Origin: Candidatus Latescibacterota bacterium
Lineage (GTDB): Bacteria; Latescibacterota; UBA2968; UBA8231
Assembly: GCA_965248355.1 (NCBI GenBank)
Contig: OZ252098.1
Coordinates: forward strand, 320,001-384,000
Reading direction: 5' to 3'
DNA: 64,000 nucleotides
Under the pieces are notes generated by a model. That model searched no databases. It saw nothing but the letters and a program-made list of their open reading frames with translations, and was not told the DNA's origin. Below are positions 1 through 8,299 of this stretch, one piece after another. Position numbers and translations under genes: made by a program. How positions within the stretch are numbered: the stretch's first letter is position 1; each line of letters opens with the position of its first letter.

Positions 1-2
1 AG

Positions 3-500
3 GAAACCGTGTATCGCCGGATTGTGGGGACCATTCAACAGGTGGCGCCGTTCTTTGAAGACTTCGAATTGGAGCCGACCGAATCCAGGGACATCATTCT
101 CAACTGGCGGCATCGCGCCTCGGATCTCGTGTTCGGTCCCCATCAACTCTCGGACGGTACGCTGCGGGCCATCTGCCTGATCTCGCTGTTGTTGCAGCCC
201 AAGGACGACCTTTCGATACTCGTAGTAGTGGATGAACCGGAACTCGGGTTGCATCCGTACGCGCTCAATGTGATAGCCTCGCTGTTTCAAGCTGCCAGTC
301 ACCATACGCAGGTTCTCGTCAGCACCCAGTCCAGTGCCTTCCTCGACAGGTTCGAGCCCGGGGACATCGTAGTGGTCGAACGGAACGATCAGGCCACAGA
401 CTTCTGTAGGCCCGACCCTGAAGAGCTGGAGACATGGCTGGAGGACTACTCGCTGGGCGAGATCTGGGAGAAGAATATCCTCGGCGGGGGGCCGCATTGA
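3..500 (+). CDS. AAA/ABC-type ATPase (AAA_21-like), 5'-truncated by window edge
   Basis: Signature-like QLSDGTLR, Walker B VVVDEPELGLHP, STQS motif and typical tail YSLGEIWEKNILGG. Frame is open to the window start. Confidence 0.85.
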   Translation, partial: ETVYRRIVGTIQQVAPFFEDFELEPTESRDIILNWRHRASDLVFGPHQLSDGTLRAICLISLLLQPKDDLSILVVVDEPELGLHPYALNVIASLFQAASHHTQVLVSTQSSAFLDRFEPGDIVVVERNDQATDFCRPDPEELETWLEDYSLGEIWEKNILGGGPH

Positions 501-1189
501 TGGTTCGACTCCATCTCTTCGCCGAAGGTCGGACAGAGCAGACCTTTGCCGATACGGTTCTGAAGCCTCATCTTGCGAGCTTGGGCGTCTACATGCAGAG
601 ACCATCTCTGATTGCCCATGCTCGAAAGAAGCGGAGGACCCACCGGGGAGGAGGCAGGAACTACCAGGCCATGCAGAATGACATAGAGCGCCGGCGCAGA
701 CAGGAATCAGGGCGGGGCGTGTATTTCACCACGATGATCGATCTATACGCTCTGCATGCGCATTTTCCTGGCGCTGAAGAAGCTGACAAGTGCAGCGATC
801 CGTACCGGCGCGTAGAGGTTCTCGAGAACTCATGGTTCGATGCCACGGGGGACAATCGCTTCATCCCGTTCATCCAGCTGCATGAATTCGAGGCGTATCT
901 GTTCTGCGATGTATCCCGGTTCAGTCTCTTCTTCGAGAACGCAGACTCGCGGATCTCCACTCTGCAGAGGGTTGTTGATGATTTCGGGTCTCCAGAACTA
1001 ATCGACGATGGACAACATACGACTCCGTCCAAGCGCATCGTCGCCCAATTCCCAGAATACCAGAAGACGACGGTTGGTTCACAGATGGCCGGATTTATCG
1101 GCTTGGAGGCCATCAGGTGTAGATGCCCCCACTTCAGGGCGTGGATCGAAGGACTTGAGAGACTTGGAACTCTGCCGGAGAAGGCATGA
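500..1189 (+). CDS. DUF4276 family protein (TOPRIM-like, putative nuclease partner of the ATPase)
   Basis: ATG at 500 overlaps the ATPase stop (TGATG). Motifs LFAEGRTEQTF, TTMIDLY, IQLHEFEAYLF, PELIDDG, PSKRI and CPHFRAW. Confidence 0.8.
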   Translation: MVRLHLFAEGRTEQTFADTVLKPHLASLGVYMQRPSLIAHARKKRRTHRGGGRNYQAMQNDIERRRRQESGRGVYFTTMIDLYALHAHFPGAEEADKCSDPYRRVEVLENSWFDATGDNRFIPFIQLHEFEAYLFCDVSRFSLFFENADSRISTLQRVVDDFGSPELIDDGQHTTPSKRIVAQFPEYQKTTVGSQMAGFIGLEAIRCRCPHFRAWIEGLERLGTLPEKA

Positions 1190-1233
1190 GGACCGGGCAG
1201 AGAACCACGGCATTCCTTGAAGAAGGGAAGTCC

Positions 1234-2253
1234 TCACCCTCGCGGGTGGAAGGTGCGGTGCAGCTCCCGCAGGCGCTGTTCGTCGGTGCGCGCGTAGATC
1301 ATGGTCGTGGAGATGTCGGAGTGGCCCAGCAGGTGCTGCACGTCGCTCAGATCGCCTCCCCCCTCGAGGAGGTGGGAGGCGAAGGTGTGGCGCAGGGTCT
1401 GGGGGTTCACGGGACGCTCGAGGCCGGCGCCGCGGGCAGCGGCGCGAATGATCTTCCAGACGTTCATGCGCGACATGGCGCGGCCCCGGGCGCCGAGGAA
1501 GAGGGTGTCCTCCGAATCGGCGCCGGCCAGCCGGGGACGCCCGCGCCGCCCGTAGCGTTCGGCCGCCTCGGCCGCCGGCCGGCCGAGAGGCACCACCCGC
1601 TCGCGGGCTCCGCGGCCGTGGACCCGGACCAGGCCGTTGTCGAGGAGCAGGTCCCCCGTCCGCAGCGCCGTCAGCTCCGAGACCCTCATCCCCGTGGCGT
1701 AGAGGACCTCCAGCACGGCCCGGTCCCTCAACTCGAGGGGCTCGTCGCCGCCGACGGCGCTCACGAGGCGCTCCGCTTCCTCCACGGTGAGGGGATCCGG
1801 CTCCCGGCGGGAGACCCGCGGCGGCCTCAGTCCGGCCGTCGGGTCTTCGAGGCAGCGGCCGGTGATCCGCAGGAACTCGTGGAACCGCCGCATGGAGGAG
1901 ACCGTTCGCGCCACCGTGGCGGGGGAGCGCCCGGCCTCGACGAGACCGTCCACGTGGCCGCCCGCCGCCTCCGCGGTGAGCTCCGACAGCCGGCGGACCC
2001 CGCGGCCCGAGGCGTGTCCGAGGTAGCCCCGCAGATCACGGCCGTACGAGGACCGCGTATTCTCCGACAGTCCGCTCTCCCGCTCGAGGCTGTCGAGGAA
2101 CTCGCCGAGGGCCTCGAGCAGGTCGGCGGGCAGCTCGGCGGGGCCCTGGCCCGCCCCGTCGGCGGTCATCCCGGGGGGAGGCGCCGGTCCCCGGGGGGGG
2201 CCGCCTCCGTCCTCCGGGGACCGCCCCGGGGCCGGGGTTCGCGCCGCCGCCAT
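1234..2253 (-). CDS. xerD: Site-specific tyrosine recombinase XerD (alternative start 2169)
   Basis: LRDRAVLEVLYATGMRVSEL, LRHTFASHLLEGG and LLGHSDISTTMIY; lies directly downstream of uvrC. Confidence 0.85.
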   Translation of the reverse strand: MAAARTPAPGRSPEDGGGPPRGPAPPPGMTADGAGQGPAELPADLLEALGEFLDSLERESGLSENTRSSYGRDLRGYLGHASGRGVRRLSELTAEAAGGHVDGLVEAGRSPATVARTVSSMRRFHEFLRITGRCLEDPTAGLRPPRVSRREPDPLTVEEAERLVSAVGGDEPLELRDRAVLEVLYATGMRVSELTALRTGDLLLDNGLVRVHGRGARERVVPLGRPAAEAAERYGRRGRPRLAGADSEDTLFLGARGRAMSRMNVWKIIRAAARGAGLERPVNPQTLRHTFASHLLEGGGDLSDVQHLLGHSDISTTMIYARTDEQRLRELHRTFHPRG

Positions 2254-2257
2254 CGCC

Positions 2258-4120
2258 TCAGGACCGGCCCTCTTCCGGGTCGGCGCGGCCGGGCTCCAGG
2301 TGGCTCTTCAACTCGCGGGCGAGCTTGAGGCTGAATCCCTTGACGCTGGCGATCTCGCCCACGTCGGCCTCGCGCAGCCGGCGCACCGACCCGAAGGCCT
2401 GCAGCAGCGCCTGCCGCCGGCTGGGCCCGATGCCGGGTACGCCGTCCAGGCCGGACCCCAGGGTGCGACGGGCGCGCAGCTTGCGGTGGTAGCTCACGGC
2501 GAAGCGGTGGGCCTCGTCGCGCAGGACCTGCAGCATGCGCAGGCTCGCCGAGGTCCGCGGCAGGACCACGGGGTCCATCCGCCCCGGCAGGAAGAGCTCT
2601 TCGAGCCTCTTGGCCAGACCGACCACGGCCAGCCCGTCCACGCCCCGGGCCTCCAGGGCCTCCATGGCGCTGGACAGCTGGCCCTTGCCGCCATCGATCA
2701 TCAGCAGATCGGGATAAGGCTCCCCCCGCTCCGAGAGCCCGCGGAAGCGCCGTTCCACGACCTCGCGGATGGCGGCGAAGTCGTCGGGCCGACCCTCGCC
2801 GCCGCGGATGCGGAAGTGGCGGTACTCGCTGCGCTTCGGCTTGCCGTCGACCATGACCACCACGGAGCCGACGGAATCGCTGCCCTGGAAGGTGGAGATG
2901 TCGACGCCTTCGATGCGCCGTGGCAGCCGGTCCAGGGTCAGGTCCCTGTGCAGGGCCTGCACCGACTGGGGGACGCGGTCGCGCCGGGCCTCCCGCTTGA
3001 GCCTCCGCTCCTCCATCAGGTGGGCGGCGTTGCTGTCGGCCATGTCCTGGGTGCGCGCCTTGAGGCCCCTCTGGTAGGCGGCGACCTCGACCCGGCGTCC
3101 GTCCCCCTTGCCGGTGAGCCACGCGGAGATGGGGCCGGCGTCCTCCAGCTCGTGGCTGACGTGGATCTGACGGGGGATGAAGTCCGTGTGCAGGTAGAAC
3201 TGGCGCAGGAAGGCGGACAGCACCTCGCTGTCGGCGGCCTCCATGACCCCGCTCAGGAAGTGGTGCTTCTCGTCGATCAGGCGGCCTTCCCGGATCTCCA
3301 GAACGGCGCAGCAGGCCTCGTCGTCGTGCCGCGCCAGGCCGACCACGTCCCGGTCGACCTTCTCCTCGAGCACGACCTTCTGCCGCGACTGATACAGCTC
3401 GAGGGCGCGGATCTGGTCCCGGTGGCGGGCGGCCTGCTCGAACCGCTGCCGGGCCGCGGCCTCCTCCATCCGCGCCTTGAGCTCGCGGATGACGCTGGTC
3501 TTGTCGCCCCTCAGGAAACGCGTGGCCTGGCTGACGGTGGTGCGGTACTGCTCCCGGCTCACGAGATCCTCGCAGGGCCCCTCGCAGCGGCGGATCTGGT
3601 ATTCCATGCACAGCTTGACCTTGGGGTCGGGCAGGTCGTAGCGGCAGCTGCGCACGGGGAAGACCTTGTGCATCACGTCCAGCATGGTGCGCATGTGCCG
3701 GGCGTTGCTGTAGGGCCCGAGGTAGCGGGACCCGTCGCGCACGAGGTCCCGGGTCCAGAAGATGCGCGGGTAGGCCTCGTCGGTGATGCAGATGAAGGGG
3801 TACTTCTTGTCGTCCTTGAGGTTGATGTTGTAGCGCGGGTGGTGGGCCTTGATCTGCGAGGCCTCGAGGATCAGCGCCTCCCCTTCGGTCTCGGTGACGA
3901 TGCAGTCCACGTCGGAGACCCGGGCCACCAAGGCCTCGATGCGCACACCCCTCTCGGCCACCCCCGACTCCTGGAAGTAGGACCGCACCCGGTTGCGCAG
4001 GCTCTTGGCCTTGCCCACGTACAGGACCTTCCCGGCCTCGTCCTTCATGCGGTAGACCCCGGGCCCGGTGGGCAGGGCCTCGAGTTTCAGTCGCAGGGTG
4101 TCGCTGAGCGGCCCCTTCAC
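2258..4120 (-). CDS. uvrC: Excinuclease ABC subunit C
   Basis: GIY-YIG PGVYRM..YVGKAKSLRNRVRSYF, UVR coil, RIEGVDIS, IDGGKGQL, RDEAHRFA and HhH. Probable GTG start at 4120 inside the longer called ORF. Confidence 0.95.
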   Translation of the reverse strand: MKGPLSDTLRLKLEALPTGPGVYRMKDEAGKVLYVGKAKSLRNRVRSYFQESGVAERGVRIEALVARVSDVDCIVTETEGEALILEASQIKAHHPRYNINLKDDKKYPFICITDEAYPRIFWTRDLVRDGSRYLGPYSNARHMRTMLDVMHKVFPVRSCRYDLPDPKVKLCMEYQIRRCEGPCEDLVSREQYRTTVSQATRFLRGDKTSVIRELKARMEEAAARQRFEQAARHRDQIRALELYQSRQKVVLEEKVDRDVVGLARHDDEACCAVLEIREGRLIDEKHHFLSGVMEAADSEVLSAFLRQFYLHTDFIPRQIHVSHELEDAGPISAWLTGKGDGRRVEVAAYQRGLKARTQDMADSNAAHLMEERRLKREARRDRVPQSVQALHRDLTLDRLPRRIEGVDISTFQGSDSVGSVVVMVDGKPKRSEYRHFRIRGGEGRPDDFAAIREVVERRFRGLSERGEPYPDLLMIDGGKGQLSSAMEALEARGVDGLAVVGLAKRLEELFLPGRMDPVVLPRTSASLRMLQVLRDEAHRFAVSYHRKLRARRTLGSGLDGVPGIGPSRRQALLQAFGSVRRLREADVGEIASVKGFSLKLARELKSHLEPGRADPEEGRS

Positions 4121-4238
4121 GGCGCAGACGCTCCTGCGGTTCGGTGGATCGGCGGGCCCCGGCTCACGGCGCGGGACACGGTGCAGGCAATGGATAGGAA
4201 ATCGCGCGGCCGGTCCACAACCGGCCCCGGGCGGATCG

Positions 4239-5438
4239 TCACCCGCGGTCGACCCGGACCAGGGCCGAGGTGAGGTAGCGCCCTTCGGGGAAGGCCGGGT
4301 CGACGACGTGGTCGGCGGGGTGATGGGTGCGGGCCACGATGCGGGCGTCGACGCGGGCCCCGGAGGCGGCGCGGCGCACGATCTGGAAGAAGTCCTCCTC
4401 CGTGACCCGGGTGGAGCAGGAGGAGGTGAGCAGGTAGCCGCCGTCCTCGACGAGGCGGAAGCCGTTGCGGTTGAGCTTGGTGTAGACGCCCATGGCGTGC
4501 TTGAGGTCGCGCCCCTTGCGCACCAGGGAAGGCGGATCGAGGACGACGAGGCCGAAGCGCGTGCCCCTGTCGGCGAGATGGTCGAGGCAGGCGAAGGCCT
4601 CGGCCGCCAGCGACCGGTGAGGTCCGGAGCCCAGGCCGGCGGCGATGCGCCGGCCCAGGCGCAGGGCCCTGGGGGAGAGATCGAGGTCGAGGCTGCTGAC
4701 GGCGCCGCCATGGCGCGCGTGGGCGGTGAATCCGCCCGTGTAGGCGAAGGCGTTGAGCAGGGAGCGTCCGGAGGCGACCCGGGCCAGCAGCTGCCGGTTG
4801 TCCCGCTGGTCGAGGAAGAACCCCGTCTTCTGTCCACGGCGCACGTCCACGGCCAGGGGCACCTCCCCTTCGCGGAACTCGATCAGCTCGGGCGGTTCGT
4901 CGCCGGCGACCTGACCCGTGGGCCGGTCCCGGAGGCCCTCGGCTCGGCGCGTGCCCACGTCGCTGCGCTCGTACAGGCCGCGGGGGGAGATCACCTCGCG
5001 GAGGGCGGCCACGATCCACTCGCGCATGGCCTCCATCCCGGCGGTGTGGATCTGGAAGACGACCCAGCCGGCGTAGTCGTCCACCACCAGCCCCGGCAGG
5101 CCGTCGCTCTCGCCGTGCACGAGGCGGACCGCCTCGACTCCCGCCAGCATCGGGTTGCCGCGGCGCAGCTGCACGGCGCGCTCGACCCGGCCCCGGAGGA
5201 AGTCGGCATCGATCCTGCGGTCGGGACGGCGCGTGAGGATGCGGACGACGATCTCGGCGCCGGGGTTGGCCGTGCCCCGGCCGATGAAGCGTCCGCGGTC
5301 GTTGACCACGTCCACGATCGATCCGCGGCGGGTGTCGGCGTGGCGGGAGGCGACGGCGCCGCTGAACACCCAGGGATGTCCCTTGATCAACAGGCGCTCG
5401 GCATTCGGACGCAGCCGCAGTTCGGGGTAGCCGTTCAC
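4239..5438 (-). CDS. rlmI: Class I SAM-dependent rRNA methyltransferase (RlmI-like, PUA domain)
   Basis: GHPWVFSG, ESDGLPGLVVD, GQKTGFFLDQRDNR, LDPP and FPEGRYL. Confidence 0.85.
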   Translation of the reverse strand: MNGYPELRLRPNAERLLIKGHPWVFSGAVASRHADTRRGSIVDVVNDRGRFIGRGTANPGAEIVVRILTRRPDRRIDADFLRGRVERAVQLRRGNPMLAGVEAVRLVHGESDGLPGLVVDDYAGWVVFQIHTAGMEAMREWIVAALREVISPRGLYERSDVGTRRAEGLRDRPTGQVAGDEPPELIEFREGEVPLAVDVRRGQKTGFFLDQRDNRQLLARVASGRSLLNAFAYTGGFTAHARHGGAVSSLDLDLSPRALRLGRRIAAGLGSGPHRSLAAEAFACLDHLADRGTRFGLVVLDPPSLVRKGRDLKHAMGVYTKLNRNGFRLVEDGGYLLTSSCSTRVTEEDFFQIVRRAASGARVDARIVARTHHPADHVVDPAFPEGRYLTSALVRVDRG

Positions 5439-5469
5439 TAGGAAATCCCGGATTCGGAGGAGAGGGGTT

Positions 5470-6825
5470 TCAGGCGCTGCCGCGGAGATGGCCCTTCGCC
5501 TGCTCGGAGGCCAGCGACAGAAGCTCGGCGTCGGCCACGCAGAACACGCGGAAGATCCGGGCCTGGTCCTCGAAGTTGTCGACCAGCGATTCCCGCAGGC
5601 GGGAGACCTCGGGATCGTCGAAGCTCAGAGGCTGCGGTTTGTCGGAGGGTACGGCGGCGCCGTAGAAGACCCTGAGGTCGACCTGGGGCGTCTTGTGGAA
5701 GCTCGGGATGTCGATGAGGATCTCGTGGCCCGTGATCCCGCGGCCGAGCTGCTCGCCGAAATTCCGGCTCAGGGCGATCTCCTTGAGGCGCCGCCGGTCC
5801 GGGTGCTGGTACAGGTCGTGGAGGTAGTGGAGCAGGCCCTGCTTGCGCTCCCCGGGAAAGACGTAAGCCGCCAGCTTGTGCAGACGCCGGTGCACGACCC
5901 CGTCGAGGAGCGCCCGGGCGCCTTCCAGGCCGAGCCGCTCCTGCTCGCTGCGCAGGGCCATGAGCAGCTCTCCCTCGGTGACCCGGTGGAAGTCGGTGAC
6001 CTGGATCGACCTGTCGGGGTGCTGCAGGACATCCTGCACCGAGCGCTTGAACATGGCCGTGGCCGAACGCACGGCGTGATGCCAGTAGACGTTGCGGTAC
6101 ATGAGGTAGTTGGTGAAGACCAGGGATTCCACGGCCGACACCCCCTTGCTGCGGATGGCCAGCTGACGGCGCCGGGCGTCGTAGGCGATGGCGGCGATCA
6201 GCCGGTCGCGGTTGACGCTCTCGCCGAAGGGGACCCCGCAGAACAGGGAGTCGCGCAGCAGGTAGTCGATCTTGTCCGGGTCGAGGGTGCCGCTCAGGAT
6301 GCGGGCCAGCATCAGGTCGCGCTGCGGGATCTCGCGATCCTTGGCGGCGTAGTCGATGACGTTGGCCACCCGCACCGGGTCGATGCCGAGCTCGCCGCGC
6401 AGAACGCGGCCGATCTCCCCGGAGGGCTCTTCGAGGAGCCGACGGGCCCGCTGCTCGTGGCTGACGAAGAAGGGGGTCAACTCCTCGAGGGTGTGGGAGA
6501 AGGGGTAGTGGCCGACGTCGTGGAGCAAGGTGGCGGCCAGGAAGACGCGCACGTCCTGGTCGTCGAGGACCAGGGGTGGATCGGACCGCAGCAGCCGGAC
6601 CAGGAACTGCTTGGCCAGGTGGTAGACGCCGAGGGAATGCTCGAAGCGGGAGTGGCGGGCGCCGGGGTAGACGAGGTGGACGAAGCCGAGCTGGCTGATG
6701 GTGCGCAGCCGCTGGAAGTCCTGGGTGTCGACGAGGGCCAGCAACGGGCCCGGCACGTGGACGTAGCCCCAAACCGGATCCCGGATGGCCTTGCCATCCT
6801 CCTCGAGAAGGGGGTGGAGGGGCAT
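5470..6825 (-). CDS. HD-domain phosphohydrolase (SAMHD1/YwfO-like dNTP triphosphohydrolase family)
   Basis: IRDPVWG, FQRLRTISQLG, HSRFEHSLG, LLHDVGHYPFSH, DKIDYLLRD and MYRNVYWH. Confidence 0.85.
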   Translation of the reverse strand: MPLHPLLEEDGKAIRDPVWGYVHVPGPLLALVDTQDFQRLRTISQLGFVHLVYPGARHSRFEHSLGVYHLAKQFLVRLLRSDPPLVLDDQDVRVFLAATLLHDVGHYPFSHTLEELTPFFVSHEQRARRLLEEPSGEIGRVLRGELGIDPVRVANVIDYAAKDREIPQRDLMLARILSGTLDPDKIDYLLRDSLFCGVPFGESVNRDRLIAAIAYDARRRQLAIRSKGVSAVESLVFTNYLMYRNVYWHHAVRSATAMFKRSVQDVLQHPDRSIQVTDFHRVTEGELLMALRSEQERLGLEGARALLDGVVHRRLHKLAAYVFPGERKQGLLHYLHDLYQHPDRRRLKEIALSRNFGEQLGRGITGHEILIDIPSFHKTPQVDLRVFYGAAVPSDKPQPLSFDDPEVSRLRESLVDNFEDQARIFRVFCVADAELLSLASEQAKGHLRGSA

Positions 6826-6834
6826 CTCGGCGGC

Positions 6835-6863
6835 AATCTACCCAGGCCGAAAAACCCTGTCAA
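6835..6863 (-). promoter_or_regulatory. sigma70-type promoter of HD gene (TTGACA-N17-TAGATT)
   Basis: On the minus strand, TTGACA at 6863-6858, a 17-nt spacer and TAGATT at 6840-6835. Confidence 0.65.
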
Positions 6864-6881
6864 GCAGCCTCCGCGACCGCG

Positions 6882-6910
6882 TTGACAGTTGTCCTAATGG
6901 TCCCTAAATT
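6882..6910 (+). promoter_or_regulatory. sigma70-type promoter of ndk/rpmF/fab operon (TTGACA-N17-TAAATT)
   Basis: TTGACA at 6882-6887, a 17-nt spacer and TAAATT at 6905-6910. Confidence 0.7.
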
Positions 6911-6925
6911 CATGCACTTATGCCA

Positions 6926-6956
6926 GGCCGGAGCGGTCTCCGCTCCGGCCCTTTTT
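6926..6956 (+). terminator. Terminator-like hairpin in ndk 5' leader
   Basis: Perfect 11-bp stem GGCCGGAGCGG/CCGCTCCGGCC, 3-nt loop, followed by CTTTTT. Confidence 0.55.
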
Positions 6957-6983
6957 CGCCGATTCTCAGCGGGGTGATCGCAG

Positions 6984-7385
6984 GTGGAGACGGAGCGCAC
7001 GCTCCTGATCATCAAGCCCGACGCGGTAGCCAGGAAGGCCGTCGGACTGATCCTGGCGCGCCTCGAAGCGGAGGGTTTTCTGTTGCGCGAGGTGCGCATG
7101 GAGCGGCTCACTTCCCGGCGGGCACGGGCGTTCTACGAGGTCCACAGGGAGCGGCCTTTCTACGACGACCTGGTGGCCTTCATGACATCCGGACCCGTGG
7201 TGCCCGCGGTCTTGGAGGGCCCCGACGCCATCGCCCATCTGCGCCGGTTCATCGGCGAGACAGACAGCACCAAGGCGGCGCCGGGCACGATCCGGGCGGA
7301 GTTCGGCACCGACGTGCAGTGCAACGCCGTCCACGCCTCCGACTCTCCGGAGAACGCGGTCCGCGAGATCGGGTTCTTCTTCTGA
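6984..7385 (+). CDS. ndk: Nucleoside diphosphate kinase
   Basis: ERTLLIIKPDAV, PGTIRAEFG and NAVHASDS. Confidence 0.95.
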   Translation: METERTLLIIKPDAVARKAVGLILARLEAEGFLLREVRMERLTSRRARAFYEVHRERPFYDDLVAFMTSGPVVPAVLEGPDAIAHLRRFIGETDSTKAAPGTIRAEFGTDVQCNAVHASDSPENAVREIGFFF

Positions 7386-7386
7386 G

Positions 7387-7965
7387 GTGGAGCCGCTCTT
7401 GTCCGCCTTGCCGAGCCGTCACGGGCGGCCGACGACGATCCTCCTCGACGAGTTCGAAGAGGGCCGGAGCGAGGGCCGCTTCGAACTCGATCCGGAGCAC
7501 CTCGACCTGGCGGACGCCGACTTCGAGTTCATCGGCCCCGTCGGGGTGACCCTGCGGGTGGTCCGCAGCCTGCAGATGTTCTCGGTGAACGCCTCGCTCC
7601 TCGCCGCGCTGCGCGGCGAGTGCTGCCGCTGCCTGGCCTCGGCCCGGGCACCGGTGGAGGCGCAGATCCAGTTCCTCCTGCAGCGCAAGGAGGCCACCGA
7701 GGACGAGGCGGCGGCCCTGGAGGAGGAGGAGGAGGTCGACATCGTCGATCCCGGGGTCAAGGAGGTCGACCTCGCCGACCGCCTGCACGACGCTCTGGTG
7801 CTGGAGATGCCCTTGCGGATCTATTGCAAGCCAGACTGCCTGGGCTTGTGCCCCCACTGCGGGGGGGACCGAAACCACGTCACCTGCTCCTGCGTCGACG
7901 AGGTCTCCGATTCCCGGTGGGAGGTCCTTGCCCAACTGAAGCCGCAGCCGAGCCAAAGAAGCTGA
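7387..7965 (+). CDS. YceD/DUF177 family protein
   Basis: CxRCL and CKPDCLGLCPHCG motifs; canonical position upstream of rpmF. Start is uncertain. Confidence 0.9.
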   Translation: MEPLLSALPSRHGRPTTILLDEFEEGRSEGRFELDPEHLDLADADFEFIGPVGVTLRVVRSLQMFSVNASLLAALRGECCRCLASARAPVEAQIQFLLQRKEATEDEAAALEEEEEVDIVDPGVKEVDLADRLHDALVLEMPLRIYCKPDCLGLCPHCGGDRNHVTCSCVDEVSDSRWEVLAQLKPQPSQRS

Positions 7966-7975
7966 GGGAGAGAAG

Positions 7976-8158
7976 ATGGCCGCCGTACCGAAGCGCAGGA
8001 TCTCACGGAGCCGCCGCGACAGGCGCCGCACCCACTGGAAGCTGAGGGCCGTCTCCGTCACCACATGTTCCAACTGCGGCCAGCCGGCGCGTCCCCATCG
8101 CGTCTGCAAGAGCTGCGGGCACTACCGGGGCCGCGCCTACCTCGAACCCGCCGACTAG
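7976..8158 (+). CDS. rpmF: 50S ribosomal protein L32
   Basis: AVPKRRISRSRRDRRR and CSNCG..PHRVCKSCGHY. Confidence 0.95.
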   Translation: MAAVPKRRISRSRRDRRRTHWKLRAVSVTTCSNCGQPARPHRVCKSCGHYRGRAYLEPAD

Positions 8159-8299
8159 TGGTTCATCCAGGTAACAATGCTGGATAGAGGCGGTGCAGCT
8201 TGATGCGCGCCTTCTCGGTGGTGAATCGCCATTTGACCGGGGCTTGGCTGTTCTCGCGTTGCGACAGCCAAGCCTGGACCTGTTGGCTCAGTTGCTGAA

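Noticed and set aside
1234-2253. Tyrosine recombinase as a prophage or island integrase
   Set aside because: The sequence is XerD-like, host-like in GC and coupled to uvrC. I saw no att repeats or phage genes.
4121-4837. Apparent N-terminal extension of UvrC (similar extensions on prpD, the hydrolase, A1, MBL, aldolase, EndoIII and Nramp ORFs)
   Set aside because: Artefacts of longest-ORF calling that overlap neighbouring genes. Internal starts match the family N-termini, so these are not fusions.
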